Below, piece by piece: positions 52,485-64,000 of a DNA stretch of 64,000 nucleotides. This DNA is from Trichoplax adhaerens (lineage: Eukaryota; Animalia; Placozoa). The stretch covers positions 953,983 through 1,017,982 of the forward strand of contig NW_002060948.1 in assembly GCF_000150275.1 (NCBI RefSeq), read 5' to 3'. The translations under genes were made by a program, and so were the position numbers. Position 1 is the first letter of the stretch. Each line of letters starts with the position of its first letter. The notes beneath the pieces are model-generated. The model was not told the origin of the DNA. It saw only the letters and a list, made by a program, of their open reading frames with translations, and did no database searches.

Positions 52485-55400
52485 TTAAGCAATCATTTCC
52501 TTAACAGCTCTGACAATTGCAGTTGAGTCAATTCCGAACTTTTGCATCAGCACCGAACCAGGGCCGCTACGTGGGATTGCATTGACAGCTAAACGACGAA
52601 TAGTAATATCTCTTTCACCACTAGCTACACCAGCTACAGCTTCACCAAGACCACCTACGATTGAGACAATTGTTAGAAATACTTTTCAAAGGCAATAATA
52701 TTCATGAACTGCAGGTAAAAGCATCAGTTTACCGCACGTACCTTCATAATAATGATCCTCAACAGTTATAATTTTTCCGTTTGTTGCTTTGGCACTTGAC
52801 AAGATGGTATCGCCATCAATGGGCTTCAAAGTGAAGATATCGACTACTCGGATATTAATGCCTTCTCCCTTTAAAGTATTAGCAGCAGAAATTGCTTCAT
52901 GAAGTGTAACACCTGCGCCAACTACCGTCACTGCGTCGTTATCGCTCTTTACTACAACCTGTCATTAAACATTAGAGTTTCTTCTATTTAGTACAGTCCG
53001 TGCTAAACCGAAAAAGCTAATTCAACGTACCTTTGCCTTTCCTATTTCGAAGATTTCGTCATTTCCATAAAGTACGGCAGTCGCTGGGCGGCTTGAACGT
53101 GTGAACGTAATACCGTTGTAATTTGCAGCCAACTCAATTGCTCTTTCACAAGACACAGCATCACTAGGATAAAAAACAACCCCTCCAGGAATCGTACGAA
53201 ACATCGCTAAATCTTCTAAAGCCATTTGAGAAGGTCCATCCTCTCCTATAAGCAGTAATTATTACACAAATATTGTAAGTGATCCCATAATTTAAATGTA
53301 TTATGCAGTAAAATCAAAATATATGATGGATAGTTGACGTAGTTTACCGATAGAAATGCCAGCATGTGAGCCACAGAAATTAACTTTAGTTTGAGAAATG
53401 GCGCCCATGCGAATCTGGTCGAAAGCTCTGGAAAAAAATGCACCAAACGTACTAACAAATGCAACATGGCGATCACGAGTGGCACATCCCACCGCAACAC
53501 CAACCAAATTTTGTTCAGCAATATAACATTCAATATATCTTTCAGGATGGGCTTTCTTAAAAGTTATAGCAAACGTTGAATTCTTTGTATCACCATCCAA
53601 GGCAATTACTCTATCATTTGACTTGCCGAGTTTGGCCAATGCAGTACCATAAGCTACACGGGTTGCAACCTATCATGCATAATTATATAAATATGTAAAC
53701 ATTTTTTAAGAATTACCAGCTATTTACCTTACATAGTAATTGTAACGAAACATCTGATAGATTAACCTTATCTCCCAGTTTGTAATTGGGAGGTTCAGAT
53801 AATGTTATTTCATTAATGTTAACTCCTGGAGCGTCATCGATGACAGGCTGTGGTTGGGGTAATTGACTATCACTTATTAATGAGCTAATGGCGGCAATAG
53901 CTTCATCTGCTTTAGCACCAAGTGCTTTACCATGCCAATTTTCCTCGTCTTCAATATCTAATTCACAAAGACAAATTTTTAACGTCAACGATCATTTTAT
54001 GTTTAAGAGTAGTTTTAAAACAATACCAACAGGGCGTTGTGAGGTAGCATTACTAACTAGGTATCCCTTTTCCTTTCAAAGTTTTTGCTATTAAGCAAGT
54101 TGGTCGTCCCTTAACGGTATTAGCTTCATGCATGGCACGACAAAGTTCTTCAATATCATTTCCATCAACAATTACTGCATTCCATCTATCGCCCAAAATG
54201 AATACATGTTAATGTATGGAATGCAGTTCTATACTTTCTTATTGATTAGTAGTAGAATACATCGCTAATCGTAATCTAATCTAGTCGAATGTTTTTTTTT
54301 AACGAAAGAGATATTTAATGATAACGAATCCTGTGCAATAAAAATTAAAATGATTTTATTATGAAATAACGGTCTATTGTAGAGCTAGTATATCCCTAAA
54401 TGTGCGAATATGTAAAGGTCGCACCATAAACAGTAATTGCTCATGAGTACAATACTTTCAAACTTCAGAAGCGCTATAAAACTATTAAAGAAGCGATATT
54501 ATGTGGTACATCGTATTATGTAACCTTAATACTATATTTCGTTACCCGAATCCATCGAAACGTTTACGATATGCTTCCAAATTATGCTGTAGCGAAGTCG
54601 GTTCACTCTGTCCAAGTCGGTTTACATCCACAATACCAACTAAATTGTCGAGTTTGTAATGACTAGCAAAAGCAACAGCTTCCCAAATGCTACCTTCAGC
54701 CGTTTCACCATCTCCCATAAGACAGTATACACGGTAACTGAATATATTAATTATATAATTATCAAAATAAGGACGACAGTTTTTGTAATCTATTTACAAA
54801 TCGTTGCTGCTACTTCATAGGATACAAATAATCATTAAATATGAATAAATTTTCAATGTTCAAAATATTATTATTAAAACGTTCTCTGCTATTTCCTTAT
54901 ACCTGGCATTATCGAAATATTTCCCACTGTAAGCCATTCCACAGGCAACACCCAAACCTTGTCCTAGTGATCCAGTGGCCACATCGATAAAATTCAATCT
55001 CTATAAAAAAGGGAGGTAAGTGCTGAGTTTTAGTACAATTCTCTGAACTACGAGATAACCTAAATTTTATCTAAATCTGAATTTGTGGTATTTCGTAAAT
55101 CAGTAGAACGCTTACAAAGTGACTACGAGATATAGTGATACTAATTAAATCAGTCAAGGTATTCGAACTTATGCGTATATCTATTAAAATTCATCTATAA
55201 ATTTTGCATAATTGTAGCAAAAAACTATTCACGGTTGCTTCTATTTGAATCTGCATCGCAATAACTAAATATTACTATAATTGCCAAGTATACATCAAGA
55301 TAACGTATGAGTATCTTAAAATTTAAAATAATCAAATAATCGCTGTACTGGTGTCGGATGTCCTTCCAAGTCAGAGTCAATCTTTCTTAGATTCATTAAC

Positions 55401-57939
55401 TCAGATTCTGAGAAAAGGCCTGCAAGTTGCCATGCAGCGTACAAGATAGGAGCACAATGACCCTTTATAAAAATTTATTGATAATATAATTAGTAACTGG
55501 CGAAGTGATGATGAGAACGGTGATTCATGGAATCGAATCTGCAGCAACTTCTTAATACTACATTGCATACAATTACAAAATCAATAAGCATTGGAATCTT
55601 ATATTGTACGACTTTTTCAAATCTGTTATCAGTTTATCCAGCATATCTAAGTAGTTTAATATAATTACAAGATGTTATTGACTGCAAGCAATCATGTCGC
55701 AACGTAACAATCGTATAAATTAGGTGTCGGCGGGTAGCAGTAATGCATAGTACTGTATGTTAAGGTATATGCGTACATTTACAAACTAGAAACTCTGCTT
55801 TTGTTAATAAAACGAGATTAATCATGAATAACGGAAAAAGTGTTTAACATAATCCAAGTGAGTTAAATAATTTTGTATAATCAGCACTACTTCTGCTTTT
55901 GTTAGATGATAAAAAGAGATTAATCACGAATAACGGAAAAGTATTCAACACCATCTGGATAAGGTAAATAATGATTCCTACTGAGATAAGGTATACCTGT
56001 ACTGTAAACGTGTCTGTCTTTCCTCATTCAAAACACACTGTACTGTATACCACTGAAAAAGTTCTGAACAATTATGTAGAATATATTTTTAGGTTACAAT
56101 ATAATATATGGTTGGTTTGTCGTAACTACGTAACCCGCAATGCAAATGATGGTCTGGTTATATACATGTATATCAGTAATTAATCAATTGTCAACATTAA
56201 TGTATAGCTTTCCAGTAAAGGTCAATCGCACATTGCTCATTGCGGAGAGGGCACTATTAGTAGCTAGGACTTGACAAAAGAATTATTCAAACATACGTAA
56301 TTACATATATTAATTATGCATAAAAATATGCAAACACAATCAATTAAAATAAACTATGTTATAGGGCCAGTTTCTTTTGGGTCTTTAGAGTACAGCGTAT
56401 AGTTTTACGTATATGTACCGCATACCCAATAGGTAAATACATAGTGTAGATATCAGATGGTACGAATATTCTTTTAAGTAACGGATCACGCCATCAAAGC
56501 GATTGCTTACGAGCTCAGACATTGCAGAGATTTACAATACTTATATACAGACCTAGCTACATCATTGTAGAGATAGTTACACAACTTGTAGATGTAATAT
56601 TCAAGCTATAGCTATCTAAATACGAGCTTTATCCAATAAATGCTAAACTGCGCTTTTTAAACCGAATTATGCAAGTATTGTTGCTAACATATAGTAAGAT
56701 CTGTAATAATTATGCATATCGCTTTGCTAACCTTGGACATGATGAACCGGTCACTGGATGGATCTCTAGGAAAAGAGACTGTAAAAGAAACATTAGAAAA
56801 TTAATCCCAAATCCTGAGATCGATATACGAGTTTAATCATTCCTTTATTGTTTTCGTATAATGTAAAAACAGTATCTCATAAAATATTTGCCAAGGAACA
56901 AGACAAGTAATGTATGTTATAAATTTTGGTAGCAGCGCTCATACGTAGACCGAACTATTCACTCCATTGATCAGTAATTAGCTTGCAGACGAAATGATCG
57001 TCCACATAGATTACTATAGCTATAGTTTTCGATCTGCAATATCTACAATTTACTAATGAGCGCTGCATAAACTTGTACTCATCTATATATCGTGATCGGT
57101 AAATTTTTGAAATTGCTAATGACCATGGTGTGTGCAGTACAGCACGTATACTGCGTGTGATGTATTTCGATATCCTTCATCAACAGAAGGAATTAAAAGT
57201 GTGTGTATAATATATATATATAGCCGTAGCTGCACAATGAAGGGAGGTTAATGTAGACCTAAAACGATTGATCATATCCATGCAAAGTGTAAGGATTTTA
57301 TCATTTGATATACTACCTAGAGAAGTATTATTAAAGTTGTATCTTCTATGATTAATTACATATAATATAGCCAAGCAGTGATTAGTATAAATTCAGTCGA
57401 TGAAAAAAAGGCTAAAAGAATGTTTTGGTATTTTTCAAATAGTGTATATGTCGTTTACCGTATAGATAATTATAATCGGTCATTTTGCAAAAATGACCTG
57501 TGTACTGTCAGTATGTTTTTGTAACTAGTACTGCAGCGTATGCATGCTTATGCAGAAAAACCTACTTACCTTTGTATCTCATGGTATTAAAAAAGAGGAC
57601 AGACATGATTTCAGCAGCAGAGCAGCATGAAGTTGGATGACTGTTAACAATACATACAAAAAAAAAGTTCAATTTTCTCTCTATTATTAATGAGGTGAAA
57701 GAAAGGAGCTGCAACTGTTGGCCTAACAACAAGGAAAACGAAAGGCCTAAAAAGATGGCTGGCAATGCTTTGCACAAAACCATATCGATGCGTCTATCCC
57801 ATAGCTACACTCTACGTATAAAGACTCACCCTGAATTGCTAGCATTAGTGCATTTTATGCTCAAAATACGCAGCTTATTGGCTGCATCTTTAAGCGCTTG
57901 GATACGCTTTTGATCCGGTCGGTGATAGGAATTGGCCAT
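52485..57939 (-). CDS. TKT: Transketolase (animal type), multi-exon
   Basis: MANSYHRPD...SG|[24 protein letters not shown]|[80 protein letters not shown] and PRSG; ends EMIA* at 52485. Confidence 0.96.
55790..55975. repeat. Imperfect two-copy tandem repeat (about 97 bp) in a TKT intron
   Basis: tctgctttt..gagattaatca(t/c)gaataacggaaaa..taaataat occurs twice. Confidence 0.75.
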
Positions 57940-59389
57940 TTTGGTCGACGATGATGACGAGGTAACTTTTCGAAACAGTCAAAAGTTGGAAAGGGGGCGA
58001 AAATACGAATGCAGTGATACTTATAGTCTACAATACGCTCAGCGTACTGTACAGTACGGTATACTGTACGGGTACACTGGGTACAGCTACCACATTGCAG
58101 GGGGAAATGTACCGTAGTCTAACCGTACCGTACCAGGCTACAGCGGTGCCACTTGAATGCATAACACATACACTAATTGACCGTCGAATTTTTTCTATAC
58201 CAGCCTGTCATATTATCACTCATGTTTGCGTATCGATATCATTGAATTACCCATGACACTTTTCGATATTGAGCACTGTAGAGTACAGTACATTGTACCC
58301 AGTGTTGTGTACTGTACACTGTCAAGGTCGGCCCAGTGAAATAACATTGAAAATTTTTTTTTTTTGACTAAAGAGTACAGCAACAAGTAGCTTTGATCGA
58401 CCTTAACAAGAATAGAAATAGGTAAAAGCTATCCAGAAAATGTGTTACAAAACTAGCATGCAGTAAACTAATGCAAGATCCACTTCTAACATGTGTAGAC
58501 TCATGAGCTGTGAATTGTATTGACGAAAATCTACTTCTCAACGTGATAATAATACTGTACTGTGTATGCACTAAAAGTCTGGAACAATAAAAAGGTGCTT
58601 GCTTTGTCGATATGAAAGGGTGAAAAATGAGTAACAGCTTTAATGAAAATGTGTTGCAAAACTACCGTACACTGTACACGACAGTCAAATGGACTCAAAC
58701 AAGCAAAGATCTGCTTCTAATAGAAGTATATACACACATGAGCCATGAATTTAACTTTACAAAAGTCCATTTTTCTCCACCTTGTTCACTAACTTCATCA
58801 TTTTCCCTACAGCTGGTATACTCTAGTATGCTGATACTTGAATAATCTAGATACTCAAACATGGCCTACGTTACTGAGCAACGTACACTGTAAACACAGT
58901 ACTTAGACGTGGATTGCCGTAATTGAAAGAGAAGACAATAATGTCACATCAGCTGTCATTGGGCTGACCCGCAGCAGCGACGACTGCCTATAGGCTTCTT
59001 TTGTTTTTGTTTTTTCGATAGTTGACCAATCGTATTCCTTGAACACAGCAATGTATAACGTCTGTAACGTGATAACCTCACCTCACATGACAGTATGACA
59101 GCTCAGTACCTGAGCTTCGACGTCAAACGACGTCAATGACTAAAATGATGGAGCATGCAAAGCAATATTATGACCTTTGCATTTTAATCATCCATAGATC
59201 CAATTTTTAACTACTAGTCTAACAAAATAATAACTCCCTTCAGTAACTTCTTTTCTGCTATATCTATTCATTGACTAGACACATTTATCACCCTGAAATA
59301 AATACAGCAAATAATAATAATTACGATAACAAATTAGCTTTGATTCAAATTTTTCTCAGCCCCGTAGTAGCATATATTGTATAATCAGA

Positions 59390-61250
59390 AAAATCCAATG
59401 CTATTGAATATCATTGCGTAATGGCATTGAAGGATCGAAAATAAAATGAATCATTCATAAACCTATCCTATGCAATCTTGGACTACTAGTCTAGCGAAAG
59501 AACCACTGCCTTGACAGATCTTTCTATTGCAATATCCATCGGTTGGCTGAACTTGTTTGTCATTATGAGAATCATAAATTATCGTGCAAAATTGCATTAT
59601 ACAAAACAGTAGAGAAATCCAATCCCATTCAATATCATAGGGTAATGGCATTGAAGGATCGAAAATAAAATGAATCATTCATAAACCTATCCTATGCAAT
59701 CTTGGACTACTAGTCTAGCGAAAGAACCACTGCCTTGACAGATTTTTCTATTACAATATCCATCAGTTGGCTGAACTTATTTGTCATCATGAGAATAATA
59801 AATTATCGTGCAAAATTGCATTATACAAAACAGTAGAGAAATCCAATCCCATTCAATATCATAGGGTAATGGCATTGAAGGATCGAAAATAAAATGAATC
59901 ATTCATAAACCTATCCTATGCAATCTTGGACTACTAGTCTAGTGAAAGAGCCACTGCCTTGACAGATTTTTCTATTACAATATCCATCAGTTGGCTGAAT
60001 TTGTTTGTCATCATGAGAATCATAAATCATCGTGCAAAATTGCATTGCATAAAATAGTAGAGAAATCTAATCCCATGCAATATTATTGGATCATGATATC
60101 GAAGGATTCGATATAAAATGAACATTCATAAACCGGGACAATCTTTTATTACTCATCTAGCAAAAAATAATCACTCCCTTCAAGGACTTCTCTACTCCAA
60201 TATCCATGAGTTGACTGCACTCGGTTATCATTATGAAATAAATCATAAAGCAAAATTGCACAGTATAAAACAGTGGAGAAATCCAATACTAGGTGGATAT
60301 CTTTTTGATTATGACATGGAAGAATTTAAAATAAAATGGTCTTTCATAAGCCGGATCAAGTGCATTCGTTAAATACACTTGATTCTCATAAACCTATACA
60401 GTCTTTTACTAATAATGCAGCAAAATAGCTTCACTCGCGTCAGGGACTTTTCGACTACAATATCCATCAGTTGACTAGATACATTTGTCATCCTGAAATG
60501 AATACAGTAATAATACATCAAAAATAGCACAAATCATATAAGACATAATTGAGGAATTCAAAACTATTGAATACTAGTATCATTTGATTATAGCATTGAA
60601 AGATTAAAATAAAATAGACATTCATAAATCGTACAATCTTTCACCACTGTACTAGTTTAGCAAAGTGACCATTTGCTACAGGGACTTCTTTACTCCAAAT
60701 ATCCATCAGCGGACTAGACAGTAAGTAGACATGTTTGTTATCCTCCAATAGATAAAGTAATTAATACTACTGTAATAGCACAAATTAGACAGTAGAAGAC
60801 AGCAAAGAGATTCAATACCATTGAGTACGTCATAATATTGATCACGCCATTGAAGGATTTCGATATAAAAATGGGACTCCACTACTTCATTACCATGAGT
60901 CAACTAGACTCGTTTCATCATCGTGAAATAAATTAGAATATAAAATTATAAATGCAAAGCAGTAGAGGGATCAAATGTCATCAAAGAAGATCACTTGAAT
61001 ATGGCATTGAAAGATTTAAAAAATAAAATGGCCATAATATATCCATAAACCTATACAATTATTTATTACCAGACGGTAAAATAACGGCTCCCTAAGGCAA
61101 TCATCTAAGGCAATATTCAGCAGTTGATTACATTTGTTTATCATCGTGAAATATATTATAGCGCCATTATGCAAGACGGTAGAGGAGTCAAAATATCATT
61201 GATTAATTTCATTGCATCACGGCATTGTACAATTTGTAATAAAATGTACA
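59390..61250. repeat. 224-bp tandem array: 3 near-identical units followed by about 5 degenerate units
   Basis: gtaatggcattgaaggatcgaaaataaaatg at 59418, 59642 and 59866. Diverged versions of the gaag..taaaatg..cataaacc and aatatccatcagttg motifs continue to about 61250. Confidence 0.92.
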
Positions 61251-62106
61251 ATGTCTGTGCCCCACAAAGAGCCGTCATAAAGTTTAATAGAATTGTTGGT
61301 TACGCAAACGCCTGAACTTATGGATCATTAATCTTACGCATATTTACTTGTACATTCTAGAACATCAAACACAAAATCATCATCAGCTTGATAGAATTTT
61401 ATTTCAGATAGAACTATCTAGAACGGTTTGTATTACCAGTATCTCATAAGTTCAGTTCATAATATTTACTTAAGTTATAATGATATCTCGAATGATTTGA
61501 GCAAGAGTGATACTAGGAATATTAACGAGGATAAAAGTATCGCAGCTATTTCAAGATCATCATTAGCAAATTTCATTAGTATAATGCGTAGCTTCGTATG
61601 TAATTTTAGCCTCTATTTCTTTCTATCAATATACATCTATCTAAGATTGATGATAATTATGATGATTAATTTGACATTACGTAATTTATGAAGGATGTCA
61701 ATAATGAAAGTGATAACTTGGAATAATTTGCGATAATATGGTAATAACGGCATTTAAAATGGCATCCAAATAATCGACATAAAATAAAGCCCAAATGTAG
61801 AGGTATTATCTACAAAGTGCTGCCGATATCAACACGTAACAAAGTTCTATAGTACATCTCTCTATCTCATAGTAATATTACATTTATTCACCACAACCTA
61901 TGAATATTAAAATTATTATGTAGATATCGAGATAGAATCTTGAAATTAAATTTTTTTGATTTTCCAATATCTGCAATATATCAATTTTCATTATTATCAT
62001 TATCATCAATCAATATGCTTGCTACTTTCATTTCTATTGCTATCTAGCACTTTTAATTGAGTTATGATAGGCATAGGTATACTATCACATTGATGAAAAC
62101 GAAAAA

Positions 62107-63945
62107 CTAAACCCATGGTATGCTAGCGCCAACGCCTAATTGGGGAATAATCGTATCTACATGGCCTCCGCTGCCTTCTTCGGATGGTTTATCATGATAG
62201 GGTCCACTATTTTTAACATTTAGTACGGTTTGAGCACTAACAGGTTTCTCGTAGATCACAAGATCATCTAATATGTAAAACACAAGTAAGGCCATCAATA
62301 TGAGCAATTAAGTTTATAGAAATCGAGATGGAATAATCATCATTAACTTCTAGATTAAATCATAAAATAATAAAAATTTTAACGCTACAATCGAACAACG
62401 AACTAATTGCTTATATTAAACTAGTAAAATTCTAATATGCAAAGGACTTCAAATTAGAAGATGTAGTTGGTTACAGTAGCAAATCCTTGAAATAAGTTAC
62501 TTTATCCTATATAGAGAAGGATGAGAATAAATTATTATAGCGTGAACCGTTACCTATTTGGAAATGGGCTGGATCCTGTGTCGAACCTTCTTCTTTGCCA
62601 ACTAATATAGTGTCATGTGCAGCTGTCGAAGTGGATTCAGCATAATCTAAAACAGCATCAGGAACAACCTCCACACCATTAAGGTAGACTTGGATCACTA
62701 CAAAAATTAAATTCATTTGTTTCATTGTGATTTAGAGTAATTCATGTAACAGCTCATGAAATGAAAAGCTTCATTAGAGTAAATTCTGAATCTTACTTAA
62801 ACTATCTCTAATTCAGCAGAATAATATGCAACTTTGTTATTCTTACCTCCTTGCCTATTCCATACCATTCCTATATGTTGCCAATTCAAGAAATCGGCAG
62901 CAAAATTGACAAAAGCTAGATAAACCTTTCCTGAATCGACAATATTAAAGTCGAAGTATTCATCAGAAATATCAGGATCGTATCGATATGCAATGGTTAA
63001 TCCGTGTGTATTTAATAAGCTGGACGTTGATGATAAAAGGAACACTGTTTGATCTAGACTGTTCAGCTTAAACCAAAACATAACAGAAAGCCCATTAGTA
63101 CATTGACTTGGATCTTGGATACAACGATTTGGGAAATTACCTATAAAAACAGATTCATAATTCAATCAGAGACTCGATCAAGCTTTGGTATATCTTAAGA
63201 CTTTATAAAATTTAGAGTTTCTTAATTATGGCTATCATTCTAACGTAGATATAATGTTAGAGTTGCTATGAGACCTTCATGTAGCTCGATTTACTATGCG
63301 CGTAGATAGGATTCTATAGACAGTTATTTAGAGTATTTTTATAACTGGTTGATTTATTTCTATTACCAAGATTGAGGTAATATGAGCCACTAATATGCAG
63401 CGCATTCTTTCTTTGCCCTTGAACTAGTTCAATTTTATCGCCTGATCCACCGCTACCATGTTTTTCTACTACAGTAGTACCGGCCACCTTTCCACTCGGG
63501 TGAAAGCTATCAAAGTTCCAGTAATGGGGTGTATGTTCTGAATTGAATAATGACCATAATTAACCTTATGACAGGCTATATATTCTTACATATGCTACTT
63601 TTAACACTCAAAATAACTTAAGTATTTTGCGTTAGATCGTTGTTTGCGTAGGCTAAAAATGATTGCCTTAATTTATTTATTATTTGCTGATAATTTAAAT
63701 GTATGGAACTGTCAATAACAAGCATTCTCATTGAAAGTAAACTACGGTACCCAATAGCAGAACAACCTATGATCGTTTTATTTTTTACTAAAATTTCTTA
63801 CCATGACAATTATAGAGCAGATTAATAGAGACGATGTCAAGATAACTTAACCCTGTTGCCACACCAATAGAAGCACTATTATGAGCTTGTACCGTTTTTT
63901 GAGAATTACCAGTGAAATCGAATTCTCCGTAATGCATGACCGATT
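62107..63945 (-). CDS. Laminin-G/ConA-like domain protein, 3' exons (gene continues past the window)
   Basis: Exons encode HYWNFD...VQGQRKNALH, GNFPNRCIQDPSQCTNGLSVMFWFK...WQHIGMVWN, VYLNG and DDLVIYEK, which fit a LamG_3/pentraxin-like beta-sandwich pattern. Confidence 0.72.
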
Positions 63946-64000
63946 TATAATCGTATTCCAAATTCTTATGATCGATCGCGGTATGATCGTAAGAATCAAA

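Noticed and set aside
59390-61250. CRISPR-like array
   Set aside because: Whole 224-bp units repeat with no unique spacers; the context is eukaryotic and there are no cas genes.

Overview
AT-rich eukaryotic DNA with short GT-AG introns, from an animal. The compact gene structure and gene set suggest an early-branching metazoan such as a placozoan; this is inference only. Conserved multi-exon genes lie at both ends: the 3' part of MED6, YIPF4, an orphan multi-pass membrane gene, DRC7/CCDC135, NAPE-PLD, transketolase and a LamG-like gene running off the right edge. Between about 12.9 and 40 kb is a rearranged cluster of intronless ~850-aa proteins in two subfamilies (here A and B): three intact genes, two near-identical frameshifted copies that run into assembly gaps, and four decayed B-like relics. 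Each intact protein reads as N-terminal TRAFAC GTPase, coiled coil, Trp/Tyr-rich insert, coiled coil, degenerate U-box-like motif, coiled coil, and an acidic tail with a LIR/AIM-consensus motif. Amino-acid changes between near-identical copies cluster in and just after the Trp-rich insert. Main hypothesis: a fast-evolving family of single-chain 'sensor + GTPase + ubiquitin ligase + autophagy adaptor' cell-autonomous immunity proteins. The window also holds two solo LTRs with 5-bp target-site duplications (one with its empty site visible), a Tc1/mariner-type MITE, a nested GC-rich palindrome, two large inverted duplications, a patchwork of templated fragments, and a polarised 224-bp tandem array. 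All domain calls are by eye, without database searches.
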